The notes under the pieces were generated by a model. The model was not told the origin of the DNA and searched no databases. It worked only from the letters and a program-made list of their open reading frames with translations. A stretch of 64,000 bases of DNA, from NCBI RefSeq assembly GCF_006345805.1, contig NC_043017.1, forward strand, positions 9,920,001 to 9,984,000. The letters are read 5' to 3'. Positions 39,238 through 54,195 of this stretch are shown one piece after another. Every line of letters begins with the position of its first letter. Position 1 is the first letter of the stretch. Origin of the DNA: Octopus sinensis (taxonomy: Eukaryota). Both the position numbers and the translations under genes were made by a program.

Positions 39238-39853
39238 TATATATATATATATATATATAGGAAAGAATGGATATATAAATGATCAGAGAGACAGAAATAA
39301 AGGGAGATTGGATTTAGCAGAGAAAGAGAAAGAGAGACAGAGACAGACAGACAGACACACACACACAGAAGGGAAACACAAAGATGGAGAGCAAGAGATA
39401 TATTAATGGAGAGTGAAAAAATATACTGTTAATGTGTATTTCTCTATAATTTTATGTTAGACACGGAGAAAAACAGAGAAAGCAAAAATATTTATTCAGC
39501 TATCTGGACTATGGTCAGCAAAATATTATAAGCTTTGACAATTAGGGGTTAGTTGAAGGGATACTACAATTTGCAGGAAGTATCTGTCTTTTTTTTTTTG
39601 TTTTTGTTTCTTTTTACCATTTCATATATTCTCTTCTGGAATCAAAGGAATGGAGAAAGATAGGGGAATGGAGTGATTTGTCAAGAATTTTTTTTTAGAA
39701 AAATAACAAAATTAGACATTTATCTAAACAGGTACAATAAGCAAGGGACAAGCTAAAAAAAATATGGTAGGGCGGAAGAAGTTTTTGGAAGGAGGGAAAA
39801 ATTGTAGAAATGTCTTTTGTTTATTCTATTTTCTTTCAGTTTTTTTTTTTTGG

Positions 39854-40190
39854 TTACACGATGCCACCACTAGCCGTGTTCTGCATGTTGGCTTTCTTGG
39901 TGTACAGGGCCTCCCAGTGGCGGATTTTCCAATCAAAGAGAAAGTTATAGACATTGCAAGGACAACCTTCGTTGAATGGATTGTAAGAGTCATCCAAGTA
40001 TTTGAGGTAGGTAATCCTCTCCTGGGAGACGAACTCCCATGTAGTGAGGTTCTGAGAGATGAGATAAGAATGGAACCCCAACAAGCCCAACACAGCCATT
40101 GCAGCAATAATTAAAATGAACAAATTACAGAAAAGCAGAGAATTGGTCTTTAACCATACCAGCCATTCCAGTCTGTAGACAATGGCATTC
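39854..40190 (-). CDS. ZDHHC12: ZDHHC12 exon 5 (NAIVYRLEW...NLTTWEF...YNPFNEG...GGIV*)
   Basis: ctttcag acceptor, TTxE and NPF motifs, TAA stop at 39856-39854. Confidence 0.94.
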
Positions 40191-42357
40191 CTGAAAGACA
40201 GACAGAAAATAAATCAGTTTGAAAAAAATGATAAATGAAAAAAACTGAAACAAAATCGTATATATTGCATATATATGTATATATGCCATCATCATCATCA
40301 TCGTTTAGCGTTCGCTTTCCATGCTGGCATGGGTTGGACGGTTCAACTGGGGTCTGGGAAGCCAGAAGGCTGCACCAGGCCCAGTCTGATCTGGCAATGT
40401 TTCTATGGCTGGATGCCCTTCCTAACGCCAACCACTCCATGAGTGTAATGGGTGCTTTTTACGTGCCACCGGCACAGAGGATACCAGCTCGGGGACAAGA
40501 ACGCAAAACATCCGGACAGTTATGTGATACAAAAATGGGACAACAAAACATCCAGATAGACGATACAAAGAAAACAAGGATGGGTCATTCAAAGTTTTCT
40601 TTCTTCAGTCAAGTACCAGATTATCTTCGCAATTTCGGCTGATTATACTTGAGATTGCTCCAATCTGAGACCAGCCCCAAGGAAAAACTAAGCTAAGAGC
40701 ATTAGATTCCTTGGAAGAAAGCAGCGAATGTATACAAAAACAAAGACGTAAAAAAACGGACAATGTTATACAAATACAATAAAAAAATAATATGTGTATA
40801 TATATATGTGTTAGTGTGGCGGCGAGCTGGCAGAAACGTTAGCACACCGGGCGAAATGCGTAGCCGTATTTCGTCTGCCGTTACGTTCTGAGTTCAAATT
40901 CCGCCGAGGTCGACTTTGCCTTTCATCCTTCTGGGGTTGATAAATTAAGTACCAGTTATGCACTGGGGTCGATGTAATCGACTTAATCCCTTTGTCTGTC
41001 CTTGTTTGTCTCTTCTGTGTTTAGCCCCTTGTGGGTAGTAAATAAATATATATGTGTTAGTGTGCATGTGTGCATATGTGTGTTTATCATCATCATCATC
41101 ATTGTTTAACATCAGCCTTCCATGCTGGCTGGTGGATGGTTTGACAAGAGCTGGCCAGGTAGGAGACAACCCACCCCAGGCTATTGTGCCTGTTTTGGCA
41201 GGGTTTTTATGGCTGGATACTCTTCCTAACACTAACCACTCCATAGAGTTGGCTGAGTGCTTTTTATATGGCACCAGCACAGCAAGGTCAATTTTGGCAT
41301 GGTTTTTACAGCTGGATGCCCTTCCAGATGCCAACCACTTTACAGTGTAGACTGGGTGTAAAGTGTGTGAGTGTACGCATGTATCTGTGCATGTGTGTGT
41401 GTGTACGGTTCTAGGTGAATTCATCTACAACACATTTATCTGTGTGTGTGTGTGTGGTTGGAGATAAATTTATCCGTAGGTAAGTTGCTGTAGATGAATT
41501 GGTACATGGGTACATAAGCAGGTATATGTAAGTGACTGTATGTGTTTGTATGATAAGGTGGCGAGCTGGCAGAACCGTTAGCACGCCGGGCGAAATGCGT
41601 AGCCGTATTTCATCTGCCGTTGCGTTCTGAGTTCAAATTCTGCCGAGGTCAACTTTGCCTTTCATCCTTTCGGGGTCGATTAAATAAGTACCAGTTATGC
41701 ACTGGGGTCGATGTAATCGACTTAATACCTATGTCCATCCTTGTTTGTCCACTCTATGTTTTTCCCCTTGTGGGTAATAAATAAATAGGTATGTGTTTGT
41801 ATGAAGGATTGTGTGATTGTATCTGTGTGTGTGTGTGTGTCATTGTTTGATAGGCAGCTTACCAGGTAATAGAAATTGTCCAAAGAATGAGAGCAGATAT
41901 TGAAAGCAAAAACAGCCAAAAAAATCTGTGATTTCTTTCTCCAACGCAAGTCTCAAGCCAATGGCAATGGTGGTCATACTTCCGGACACATTTCCTACAG
42001 TCTTCACAGTGTTTACTTCGCATGGGTTGCTGAATAAAATATCAACAAAACAATTCTATTAGTACCATCAGGTGAATTTTTTAGTCCTTGTCTTACATAT
42101 ATAAAACCTTATGACAGGCCTCAATACATTCATTCAGATAAATATATACTCTTTTACTCTTGTTTCAGTCATTTGACTGCGGCCATGCTGGAGCACCGCC
42201 TTTAGTCGAGCAAATCGACCCCGGGACTTATTCTTTGTAAGCCCAGTACTTATTCTATCGGTCTCTTTTGCCGAACCGCTAAGTGACGGGGACGTAAACA
42301 CACAAGCATCGGTTGTCAAGCAATGCTAGAGGGACAAACACAGACACACAAACATAT

Positions 42358-42400
<43 letters not shown>

Positions 42401-43036
42401 CATACGACAGGCTTCTTTCAGTTTCCATCTACCAAATCCACTCACAAGGCTTTGGTCGGCCCGAGGCTATAGCAGAAGACACTTGCCCAAGATTCCATGC
42501 AGTGGGACTGAACCCAGAACCATGTGGTTGGTTAGCAAGCTACTTACCACACAGCCACTCCTGCGCCTGTACAAACATATTAAATTATGAATTAAAGGCA
42601 GCTCTAAATAATGTAAACATTATCGGTCGCACACACAGGGTGCATGTGCTGTACGTCTACTTCATAGGTCTACACCTATCCACACATCCACACACACAAA
42701 CAACCATTGAGACTAACACCACATCGTTTTCAAAGTTGCTCACCTGAACTTCACAGAAATCACACCGTCTGTAGTTGTTGATCTTGTTCATCATTTGACT
42801 GTCTTCATAAATGTCCTCCTCATCGGAATTGTTATTCAGCATTGGTAGTTTCTAAAGAAGAAAGATCATCATCAACATCATCATCAACTACAATACCACC
42901 ACCACCACTGACACCAGCAGCAGCAGCACCACCACCACCATCATCAGTGTCAGCATCAGCATCCATCAGCACATCATCAATGACACCACCACTACTACTG
43001 CCACATATATGTATGTACAAGAGGATGCTGTATATA

Positions 43037-43085
<49 letters not shown>

Positions 43086-43766
43086 CAACAATTGTGAGTT
43101 GAATTAAGCAAACACTATATATGAGAGAGATTTTCTTTAAGTATTAGAAATAGCCTTAAAAAGTTTTTTAGCTGCTATTTCTAATGAGTTCAGTATGCGG
43201 CAAAGTAATTTATTTTTTACTAAGCCCTTTTATATAATGTAATAATTTGAATTCGCCTTGAATGGTCCCCTTTGCATACTGAACACTTGGTGAAATTGAT
43301 TAATAATTAATTAATTTTGCCCTCAATTGTTGAAATATAATTAATCTCCCTCTGATTAATACTTCGGATTTTACCGAAATAAGCATAGTGTTTGATGATT
43401 TCAACCCACGCTGGTGGAAAGGGGAGAACAAAGATTATCGCTTGCTTATTTTGAATTTGTTGGCACTGTTAGTTGGGAGCAGATCTCGAAAGGGTATGTT
43501 CTTATTTTCAGTGTTTCCAAATCCAACCAAGGAATTTCTGAGCCGATGATAGAAATGTTGTTTTGACTAATCTTGAAACGTACGTCTCGAATAACCTTAG
43601 CATTTGATTTTCGATGTCCTTACCCCCAAACTTTTGTGAGTTGAATTAAGCAAACACTATATATGAGAGAGATTTCTTAAGTATTAGAATAGCCTAAAAA
43701 AGTTTTTTAGCTGCTATTTCTAATGAGTTCAGTATGCGGCAAAGTAATTATTTTACTAAGCCCTTT

Positions 43767-43803
<37 letters not shown>

Positions 43804-43843
43804 TGTATAAATATATATATATAGTAATATATATATATGTATG

Positions 43844-43874
<31 letters not shown>

Positions 43875-43881
43875 TAGTATG

Positions 43882-43915
<34 letters not shown>

Positions 43916-46073
43916 GAGTACATATATGTGTATCTACAACAAGCTTTGTACTGTTTCCTTTTTTCCAAGTTCATTCACAAGGTATTGGTCAGCCCAGGTG
44001 CCATGCAGTGGGACTGAACACAAAGCCACATGGTTGCAAAGTGAGCTTCTTATCCACACAGCCATGTTTGTTCCTATAAAAGAAAACTATGAAATGATTC
44101 ATAAATTTGCATGTTATCGTAGCACAGGGCCCACACTAATCTCTGTATCATTCATATTTTAGTAAATATGAACTGTGTGTTTGTGTCTTGCAAAGTCACT
44201 TAGTGACTCTGCTAGTGCAGGTGCCACTTAAAAAGCACCCAGTCCACACAGTAAAGTGGTTGGCATTTGGAAGGGTATCCAGCTGCAAAAATCACACCAA
44301 AACTGACCTTACCTGTGCCACATAAAAAGCACCCAGCCCACCACTTTTATTTCTTTATTTCCCACAAGGGGCTAAACATAGAGGGGACAAACAAGGACAG
44401 ACAAAGGGATTAAGTCGGTTACAGTGACCTCAGTGCGTAACTGGTACTTAATTTAGCGACCCCGAAAAGATGAAAGGCAAAGTCAACCTCGGCGGAATTT
44501 GAACTCAGAACGTAACAGCAGACGAAATACCATTAAGCATTTTGCCTGGCATGTTAACGTTTCTGCCAACTCGCTGCCTTTTTCTGCCAGCCCATCACTC
44601 TGCAGAACGGTTGGTGTTAGGAAGGGCTTCCAGCTGCAAGAGCCATGCCAAAGCAACACCGAAGCATGGCGCCGGCTTCTGCCTGGCCAGCTCCTGTCAA
44701 ATTGTCCAAGCATTGGCCAGCATGGAGAGAGGACGTTAAACGATGATGTACAATGTGTGATAAACTGCTGAAGAAATCATATTTGTATAAATGTACTTTT
44801 AGCTTCATGCAATATTTATTGATTTTTACTAATAACCTAGAATTGATGTTCGACAGTCAGAAATAGATGCAGAAGATGGTGATATTGTGGACACAATTTG
44901 GAATATGGTTAGGTGACAGGTTCATTAAGGAAAGATGAAACTCAGATAAACATGACCAGTGGCAGACTGGCCAGGTTTATGTTTTAATTGAATTTTGTTA
45001 GCCCTTGTGGCCAATAAACGAATTCATTATTATTATTATTATTATTATCATTATCTGCCACGTGTATATGTGTATATATATGTTTGTGTGTCTGTGTTTG
45101 TCCCTCTAGCATTGCTTGACAACCGATGCTGGTGTGCTTACGTCCCCGTCACCTAGCGGTTCGGCAAAAGAGACCAATAGAATAAGTACTGGGCTTACAA
45201 AGAATAAGTCCTGGGGTCGATTTGCTCGACTAAAGGTGGTGCTCCAGCATGGCCGCAGTCAAATGACTGAAACAAGTAAAAAAGTAAAGAGTATGTAAAG
45301 AGCTCCCAGTACAGTCTGTAAAGTGGTTGGTATTAAGGACATCCACTTGTAGAAACCATGCCTAAACAGATTATGGAACCTGGGTTGGCCCCTGGCCTTG
45401 CAAGTTCCTCTCAAGCTGACCAACCCATGTTAGTATGGAAAACAGACGTTCAATGATGATTGTGATGATGATGATGATGAGGAGGAAGAGGATATATGGC
45501 ATCCATCCATAGAAACTATATATAATTGAGTATGGAACCTAGTGTGCCCCCCCCCCCCCCGCCCAGCCTTGCCAGTTCCTGTCAAGCCGTCCAACCCATG
45601 CCAGCATGGGAAACGGACATTCAATGATGATGGTGATGATGATGATGATTATCATTATTATTATTACCATTTCAGTCCCCACCGGTGATTCCCAAAGTGG
45701 GGCATGGTAATATTTTGGTGGGGATGCGTAGAGTTATGCTGAATTTTTATACCTCTTGTACACAATGTTTAGTATACCAACAGAGAAAGGGGACAATTCG
45801 AGAATGAGTTCTTCAATAAAAAATTCTTTACATCCATCCCTTCCGTGGCCAATTTTATCAAATTTTGGACACTTTAGCGACAACAAACAGGTCGTTTTCA
45901 TCATCTTAATTCCCTATGGAGAATTAACTGGAGACAGACTGATGTGGGCGGGGGTGTCTAAGAGTATTGAGTCTTTTATCTCTGGCGACAGTAAGGGATG
46001 AAAGAATTGAATGGTGTGAAAAGGGTTGAAATGGAGTGGAAGAAAGGGGTTGCGTCAGTGAAGGAAGAGAAAG

Positions 46074-46122
<49 letters not shown>

Positions 46123-46222
46123 CGAGAGAGGGGAGACAGATAGATACACAGACAGAGAGAAAGAGAAAGGAGAGAGAGAGAGACAGACAGATAGATAGAG
46201 AGACAGATAGATAGATAAATAG

Positions 46223-46259
<37 letters not shown>

Positions 46260-49200
46260 AAGAGAGACGAGAGAGGGGGGACAGATAGATACACAGACAG
46301 AGAGAAAGAGAAAGGAGAGAGAGAGAGAGAGAGACAGATAGATAGATAGAGAGAGAGATTTATGGTACTGGTAACGCACACGTACATACACACACGTATA
46401 TATATATATATACGAACAGAGATGAAAATTAAAAGGTAATTTTATTTTCACCAGTCAGTTTTTGAATTCAGCAAAAAGGTAAGAAAAAAACTTCCATCAT
46501 TGATACAAAGGCTTTTGCAGCTGAAAAGATTCACGGAATATTTTTTGTTTCTTTTTGAGCATTTTTCCAAAAGTTTATATACTGAAATCTTTTTGAAGAT
46601 TCAAAGGTAAAACTACAGATTTCCGCACCACGACTTTGAATGATCATAACTTTCAGAAAATTGGATATTTTTCTATGAAAATGTCTACGAATATGTGTTA
46701 TATCATGTAGATTCCGAATATACAAAATTTTGGTGGGAAAGTATTTCAGGAGGAGTTGGGGGTGAGGAAATTTCGGAAAATTCACCGGAGTCCACTTAAA
46801 TTCGGCATGACTTTCAAGAAAATGGATATTTTTTTAACGAAATTCTCTATAAATATACCTCGGACTATAGGAATTTTGGGGGTTATTTTTGAGAACTGTT
46901 CCCCACTCGCGGGTGTTTCTGAACAAGTCGTCCATATTTGTTTCATTTTTCTCCTGAAGCAAACAACAAACGGGCAATGAAGGCAAACGAAACCGTCACC
47001 AGAAAACTCGTTATGCTTGAAATAACAAGCTAAAGGTCTGGTACACAGAAATATGTTATTAAGACGACTTGTTGCATACGATTTTTCTTTCCACTTTAAG
47101 GTAAATTCCCAGGTAAACATTTCAAATAGAAAGGCAGACGACACCAGAAGCAAAAATAAGGAATATACACGCACAGTTAAATATAGAAGTGTAAAGTATA
47201 ATTTGTTACATAATCTCTATAATGATATTGAATGGAATAATTCCCGCACAAAACGGAGAAAATGAGACAAATATAGACGACTTACTCTTTTACTCTTTTA
47301 CTTGTTTCAGTCATTTGACTACAGCCATGCTGGAGCACCGCCTTTAATCGAGCAACTCGACCCCAGAACTTATTCTTTTGTAAGCCCAGTACTTATTCTA
47401 TCGGTCTCTTTTGCCGAACCGCTAAGTGACGGGGACATAAACACCAGCATCGGTTGTCAGCCAATGCTAGAGGGACAAACACAGACACACAAACACACAC
47501 ACGCATACATATATATATATATACATATATACGACGGGCTTCTTTTAGTTTCCGTCTACCAAATCCACTCACAAGGCTTTGGTCGGCCCGAGGCTATAGT
47601 AGAAGACACTTGCCCAAGGTGCCACGCAGTGAGACTGAACCCAGAACCATGTGGTTGGTAGGCAAGCTTGTTCAGAAACACCTGCGAGTGGGGAACTGTT
47701 CTCAAAAATAGCCCCCAATTGTTTTCCCCTAAAATTCCTATGTCCTCGGAATCTAGACCGAGGTATATTTGTAGAGAATTTCATTAAAAAATATCCATTT
47801 CCTTGAAAGTTAAGATGAATTGCCCACTCCAACCCTTCCTAAAATACTTCTCCCCACCAAAAAAAATTTGTATATTCGGAATCTACATGATGTAACACGT
47901 ATTCGTAGACAATTTCATGGAAAAATATACATTTTTCTGAAAGTTATGATCATCCAAAGTCGGGGGCGTAGAAATCTGTAGATATGCCGATTCAAAAATA
48001 CATAAAATGAATTGTGTAAGTAAAAAAAAAAGTTTGTCGATATTCAGAGAAATATTTAAAATTTGGATTTATACCCGCTATCCAAGATAAAGTGTCACCA
48101 AGTTATGGGCGAAAAACTCGAATCTTGTGAATTCTCCGAAGTCCTCTCCCCTCACCTTGGAAAAGATTTTCCCACAAATTTCTTTATAATTGTAATTTAT
48201 GCCGGTTGAAAGGTATTTATATAAAATTTCATTGAAAAAAATTTTTTTTTTCCTAAAAGTTATGAGGGAAAAACTCGGATCTTGTGAATTTTCCGAAGTC
48301 ATCCCCACCTCGTTGCTTTTCCCTTTTTGTTTTCATATTCGTTTCCTACACGTCTTTATTTTGTTTCTGGGTAATATGGTAAACATTAACCAAATTTTGA
48401 ATTATAAAAATTAAATATCCCAAGGGGGCATCAGGATTTTAGAAATGATTTGGTGGGGCATGGCCAAAAATCGGTTGGGAACCACTGGTCCCCATCATCA
48501 TCATGAGTATTATTATAGTCATCATCATCATCATCACTACCACCATGGCAAAGACAGACTTATATAAAGAAAGACGGAAAGGGAGAAAGAGAAAGTGAGA
48601 CAGACAGAATAAGAGAGAAAGAAAAAGTCTCAGAAAGAATAATGGATCTTTTTGGTTTGAACGGCAGTTTTTTTCTAGCGGTGTCATATAAAATTGTCAC
48701 CCATAATTACGTCCCTAATATCGATCTATTGCATTTCAATCTGTTTTAGGGTTAGGGGTGGGTGGAAGGGTATCTTTTTTTCTTCACAAATGTAAATAAA
48801 CCCAATCCGTTTCTTAAACGAGGGACATATTCATATGGCACAGAATATTTTCACCTCAAATAGACGTCATTGATTGGTTGAAATTGCAGAAATTGAAGAA
48901 AAAACAACAAATATCTTAGAAACTATAGAATTTTCTCAATAAAGCCAAGAGAAAAAGATGTTTTATAAACACATTCTACCAGTATACGAAGTTTAAAAGT
49001 GTTTAGTTACGTGAAAATTATTTTTTAAAACTGCTGTTCAAACTGAAAAGATCCCCACCATGGCAAAGACAGACTTATATAAAAACGGAAAGGGAGAAAG
49101 AGAAAAAGTGAGACACAGACAGAATAAGAGAGAAAGAAAAAGACAAAGAAAGTACGTGGGGGGGGGGATAATAAAAGAAAAAGAAATGTCAACGGATACT

Positions 49201-52200
49201 TACGGTTTTACAGGGAGTCTCTATGTAGCCCGGGTTGACGAGACAAGCCAGAAAGTACATCACCAGGGAGAAGGTCAGCAGTAGGAGGTAACAAATGGCA
49301 TAGATTGGCCGCTCAAAGTAGTACACAGCTCGACGCAGCTCTGGAAAAGAAAATGGGAGAATAGGAGCAAATAACAAAGAGATAAGTGGTTGGAGGAAAA
49401 GAATGGACAAACAGATGGACAATATCAAGGAATGGACAGGTATATTGTTAGCGGAGATATGAACAGTGGAGGCACATGGCCTAGTGGTTAGAGCAGCGGG
49501 ATCGCCGGTTCGAATCTCAGACCGGGCGATGTGTATGTTTATGAGCAAAACACCTAAGCTCCACACGGCTCCAGCAGAAGGTAATGGCGAAACTTCTGCT
49601 GACTCTTTTGCCACACCTTTCTCTCGCTCTTTCCTTGCCTGTCCCGGTGGGGAACCTATACACCAAGAAATTGGGGAACCAGCCCTTATGAGCCAGGCAT
49701 GGCTCGAGAAGGAAGAGATATGAACACTAGCAGACAACTGTAACAAGTAGCGGAGCAGGTGGAGACGGGAAGAGGTTGGGGACGAGAAGAAGTTTGGGAT
49801 GGGAGGAGGGTGGGGATTGGAGGAGATGGTGATGGGGAAGAATTTGGGGCAGTCTGCTCCCCAGGGGAAATAGTGTTATAGAGGCAGCATTTATGGGTCG
49901 GCTGCATAAACCTGTATAAGCCTTACTGAACCCCCACCACCCTGGGAAGAGAGGGGACTCAAAGGTTACCTGCCCCACGTAACACACATACTAGATCTGG
50001 CATGAGCAACCTTTTGCGAGAAGCAAGCCACATGAGACATGGCTCATCATCAGAAGGGCTGCACAACTACAAAGTTCCAAAGGAAACTTCCATTAGCTGT
50101 GCTATACAGAAAGTCCCACGGTCTGCAAGTTACATATGACTGCTCTAGATAAGGGAACCCTAAATAAATTGTATAAAAACACCCACAAGATTGTCATTGC
50201 TGGATTGTTTCTATTTAATCATAGGACAGCTAGATTAAGGTTGACCTAGGGTTAAACAACAATACCAAATTCTGGTATGTAACTGCATCCCATGGCACTC
50301 TGAGCTCAGATCCCGCTTACCAGTCATATGATTACGCCTCACATCATCAAACTGTATATTTGAGAAGTTAGAAATCTTAACTATTATATGGTGGTGGGCA
50401 TGGCGAGCACACAACCAATCTATGATAAGTTATCTAGTTAGGTGTTTCATTGTTCTGAGTTCAAATCCTATAGGAGCCAAATTTTGAATTTTAATCCTGT
50501 GTGCAGCCATGTGACACATGGTTCCAAGCCCAGTTCCACTGCACGGCCCCTTGGACAAGTGTCTTCTGTTATAGCCTCAGCCAGCCCGAGCTTTGTGAGT
50601 GAATTTGGTAGATAGAAATTATGTAGGTACGATTAACCCTTTCGATACCAACCCGGCTGGAGCCATCTCTGACTCTGTAGTAAAAATGTCTTGTATTAAA
50701 AAATTCTGAATTAAAATCTTCTACCAAACTTTAGTCACAATTTAACTTCCTAAAACTAGCTTAATGATAACCAAGTTATTTTACTTATATATATATAATC
50801 TCAGAACAAAACGTCGGCTGAGTATAAGAGTGTAAGAGTGGTAATAAAAAAGAGAGATGACAAAGGAACAAACAGTTATCTTATGAACTTCATTAGCTTA
50901 CAGTCATTTCTGCTATAACATGTGGTGGACTCATAGCTGAATGCCTGAATAACACCTTATAGCTTCATTGGAGCCATATATATGTGTATGTGTATGTGTG
51001 TTTCTGTTTCCTTGTTTTGATATTGTGTGGTATTTGTGAATGAGTGACGCTGTCATACAAGCAGTATCGTTCATTTTCAGTGTTTCCAATATCTGGCCAT
51101 GGGGAAATACTACCTTGCATGGAAACAGGTGAGGGTTGGGAACAGGAAAGGCTTCCAGCCATAATAGACTCTGTCCAACCCATGTAAAGATGGAAAAGTG
51201 GACAGTAAATGATGACAATGATGATGATGATGTGTTAAAAAAAGTGTGAGCCTATGTATGCATTTGTGAGTATGTGTAGGTGTGTATGTGAGGGAGAGAG
51301 AAAGAGAGACAGAGGGAGAGAGAAAGGGAGAGAGAGACAGACAGACACACAGACAGATAGAGAAGTTAAGTAGATAAGCGAATAGAGGCAGCCAGTGGGA
51401 GAGAGATGGGGAAGGAAAGTGCGTGAGCCGTCATTGTAAGCGTTGATAAAAGAAGCTGTATGAAGAAAATAAACTGCTTATCTTGCAACATGTGGGCAGT
51501 TAATGAGTTAACATGTAGGAGTTGAAGAAATAAAAGATGGAGTATGACGATGGCAGAATGTCAATATTGCTGTGCAATATTTGTAAAGAATACCTCAATA
51601 TACTTCCTCTCTCTCTCTCTCTCTCTCTCTCTACTAGAAATAGTAGCTAATTATCCTTTAGTTTACACACTAGTCTTAAAAGAAACGAAACAAAAAGAAT
51701 ACAACAGGACCCATTGAATCTTGTATTCCTAAATATACTTATTGCACCAAAAAAAAAAACAAAAAAACAAAACCCAGATGGGAATGTCATGGCTAGAATG
51801 TAATCTTGAACCTAGATCTGTTGGATTAAGACTGACCAGGAGTTAAACAATTAACAACTGTGTAATGCTGTATGATGGTATGTTATAGTATATTGTATGA
51901 CAACCTCTCCATTGATGGCATGAGGATTATGCAAATCTGTGTGTGTGTGTGTGTGCGCATGCACTTGAAATATATTCATCATCATCATCATCATCATTAC
52001 CACCACAGTTTCAATATCTGCTGGTATGGGTCGGATGGAATTCATTGAGGCAGATTTTCTATGGCCAGATGCCCTTCCCTTCACTAACTCTGGTAATATT
52101 TCTCCATGGCTAGACATGTTTTTTTTTGGTCACAGATGACTGAAAATGAATGACATGGCTTGTATGACAGAGACACATTCATTCACAATTATTATGTGAA

Positions 52201-53761
52201 GTCAAGACAAGGTGACACAAACACACACACACATACAAATATATCAATTCAGTTTGACCATGACCCTTGTCACTTGCTTAATAAAGCTTGCCTATGAGTA
52301 TTGGATACCAGGTGCAGTATCACAATGAAAAGTGACTGTATTACAGAAGACACATCCAGAAATCCATGAATATCCATAGAGTATACATACCAATATATAC
52401 ACACACACACATACAAATATATACAAGGGTTCCTTTGTTGCAATCAATTTTGAAAATAACAAAGAATTTATGAACAAAACTTTATCGTTATTAATATCTG
52501 TTTCTTGTGTTTTACCACATTTGCATGGTTCATGGCAAAATGTCAAGAAGCACTAAGATCAACTTCTGATGTGAACTTTATTGGTAATTTATTTTTAGAA
52601 ATCAAATGTGGTTACTTGGAAGCAGGCACCCGTGCTGGTGGCAAGTAAAATGCACCCATTACACTCTTGGAGTGGTTGGTGATAGGAAGGGCATCCAGCC
52701 ATAGAAACCATGCCAAATCAGACTGGAACTTGGTGCAGCTCTCCAGCTTACCAGTTCTAGTCAAACCATCTAACCCAGTGGTTCTTAACCTGGCGGGGGT
52801 GGGGGTGATGGATCAGTTCCAGTCTGGAGGCTTTCAGCTATCTCTAGTTTACCAGGTGGACATCTTTGAAGCGTTGAATGTTCCCAACTTTAAACTACAA
52901 GGGAAAAACATCAATATTCTCACTCACTACAACACCATTTGAACCTTCATGGCCAAACTCGACATCTGGAAATGTTGAATTCAGCAGGGAAACACAGCCA
53001 GTTTTAGTTACTTGGATTCTGCTCTCATTCACGGTAGCCTTGGTTCTGAGTTAAAGAAACAAACAGTCACTCATCTAACTGACTTGGAAACAGAATTCAT
53101 CAGATATTTCCCCAGATGTAGATGAAAAGCATGAAGCTTGGAAATTCATCAAGAACCCATTTCAGTGCAAGAGGAGTTTCTTGAGCTGAAGTTCAACTCC
53201 TCAGCTAAGGAAGGCTTCAAAGAACTGGATCTTGAAACATTCTGGATCAAGTACTTTCCTGTTTACCCTCTCAACTCACTTCAGACTCTTCGGATTTTAG
53301 CTATGTTTAGATCCACGTATCTTTGTGAAGCTGCATTCTCCTTGCTTGTTGCTGTCAAGACCAAGCACAGAAACAGGCTGAACGTTGAAAGAGACTTACT
53401 TTATGCCCTCTCTGCCATTCAACTACACATTCAAGATCTTGTAGCTAAAAAAGCAGTGTCAAGTATCTCACTTTTTGTGATTATATATAAATTATACATA
53501 TTTTATACAATGTGACAAATTCATATTCAGTAAAAAGACTAAAGACATATTTTAGATTTCATTTAAAATCTGAGAGGGAATTTTATTCATAGATGGCTAT
53601 GAGAGATAAGGTCAGACAATTGTTGTGTTGATGGCTCTCTCTCTCTCCGCATATATATATATATATATAAATCTACATGTATATATGTATGTATGTATAT
53701 ATGTATGTATGTATATATATATATGTGTATGTATGTATGTATGTATGTATATATGTATGTA

Positions 53762-53804
<43 letters not shown>

Positions 53805-53929
53805 ATGTATGTATATATATATGTGTATGTATGTATATATATATGTATGTTTGTATATATATATATGTATGTTTGTATGTATTTACGTATTTGTATATGT
53901 GTGTGTGTGTATATATATATATACACACA

Positions 53930-53989
<60 letters not shown>

Positions 53990-54163
53990 TTATGAATTCG
54001 TGTTGCAAGATTCCTGATGTGAAACAGTGTGTTGAAATAGATTTTGTTATATTTCAGAATGGTCAGTATTTTTTTTTTTTTGCTAACTAAACACACGAAC
54101 TATATTCATTCTTCACTCGTTTATTATTGTTCTTATTTTATCTTATGTCCATTATCCGCAACG

Positions 54164-54195
<32 letters not shown>

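Noticed and set aside
48740-48760. ttagggttagg as a telomeric repeat
   Set aside because: Only about two units, internal to a TIR element.
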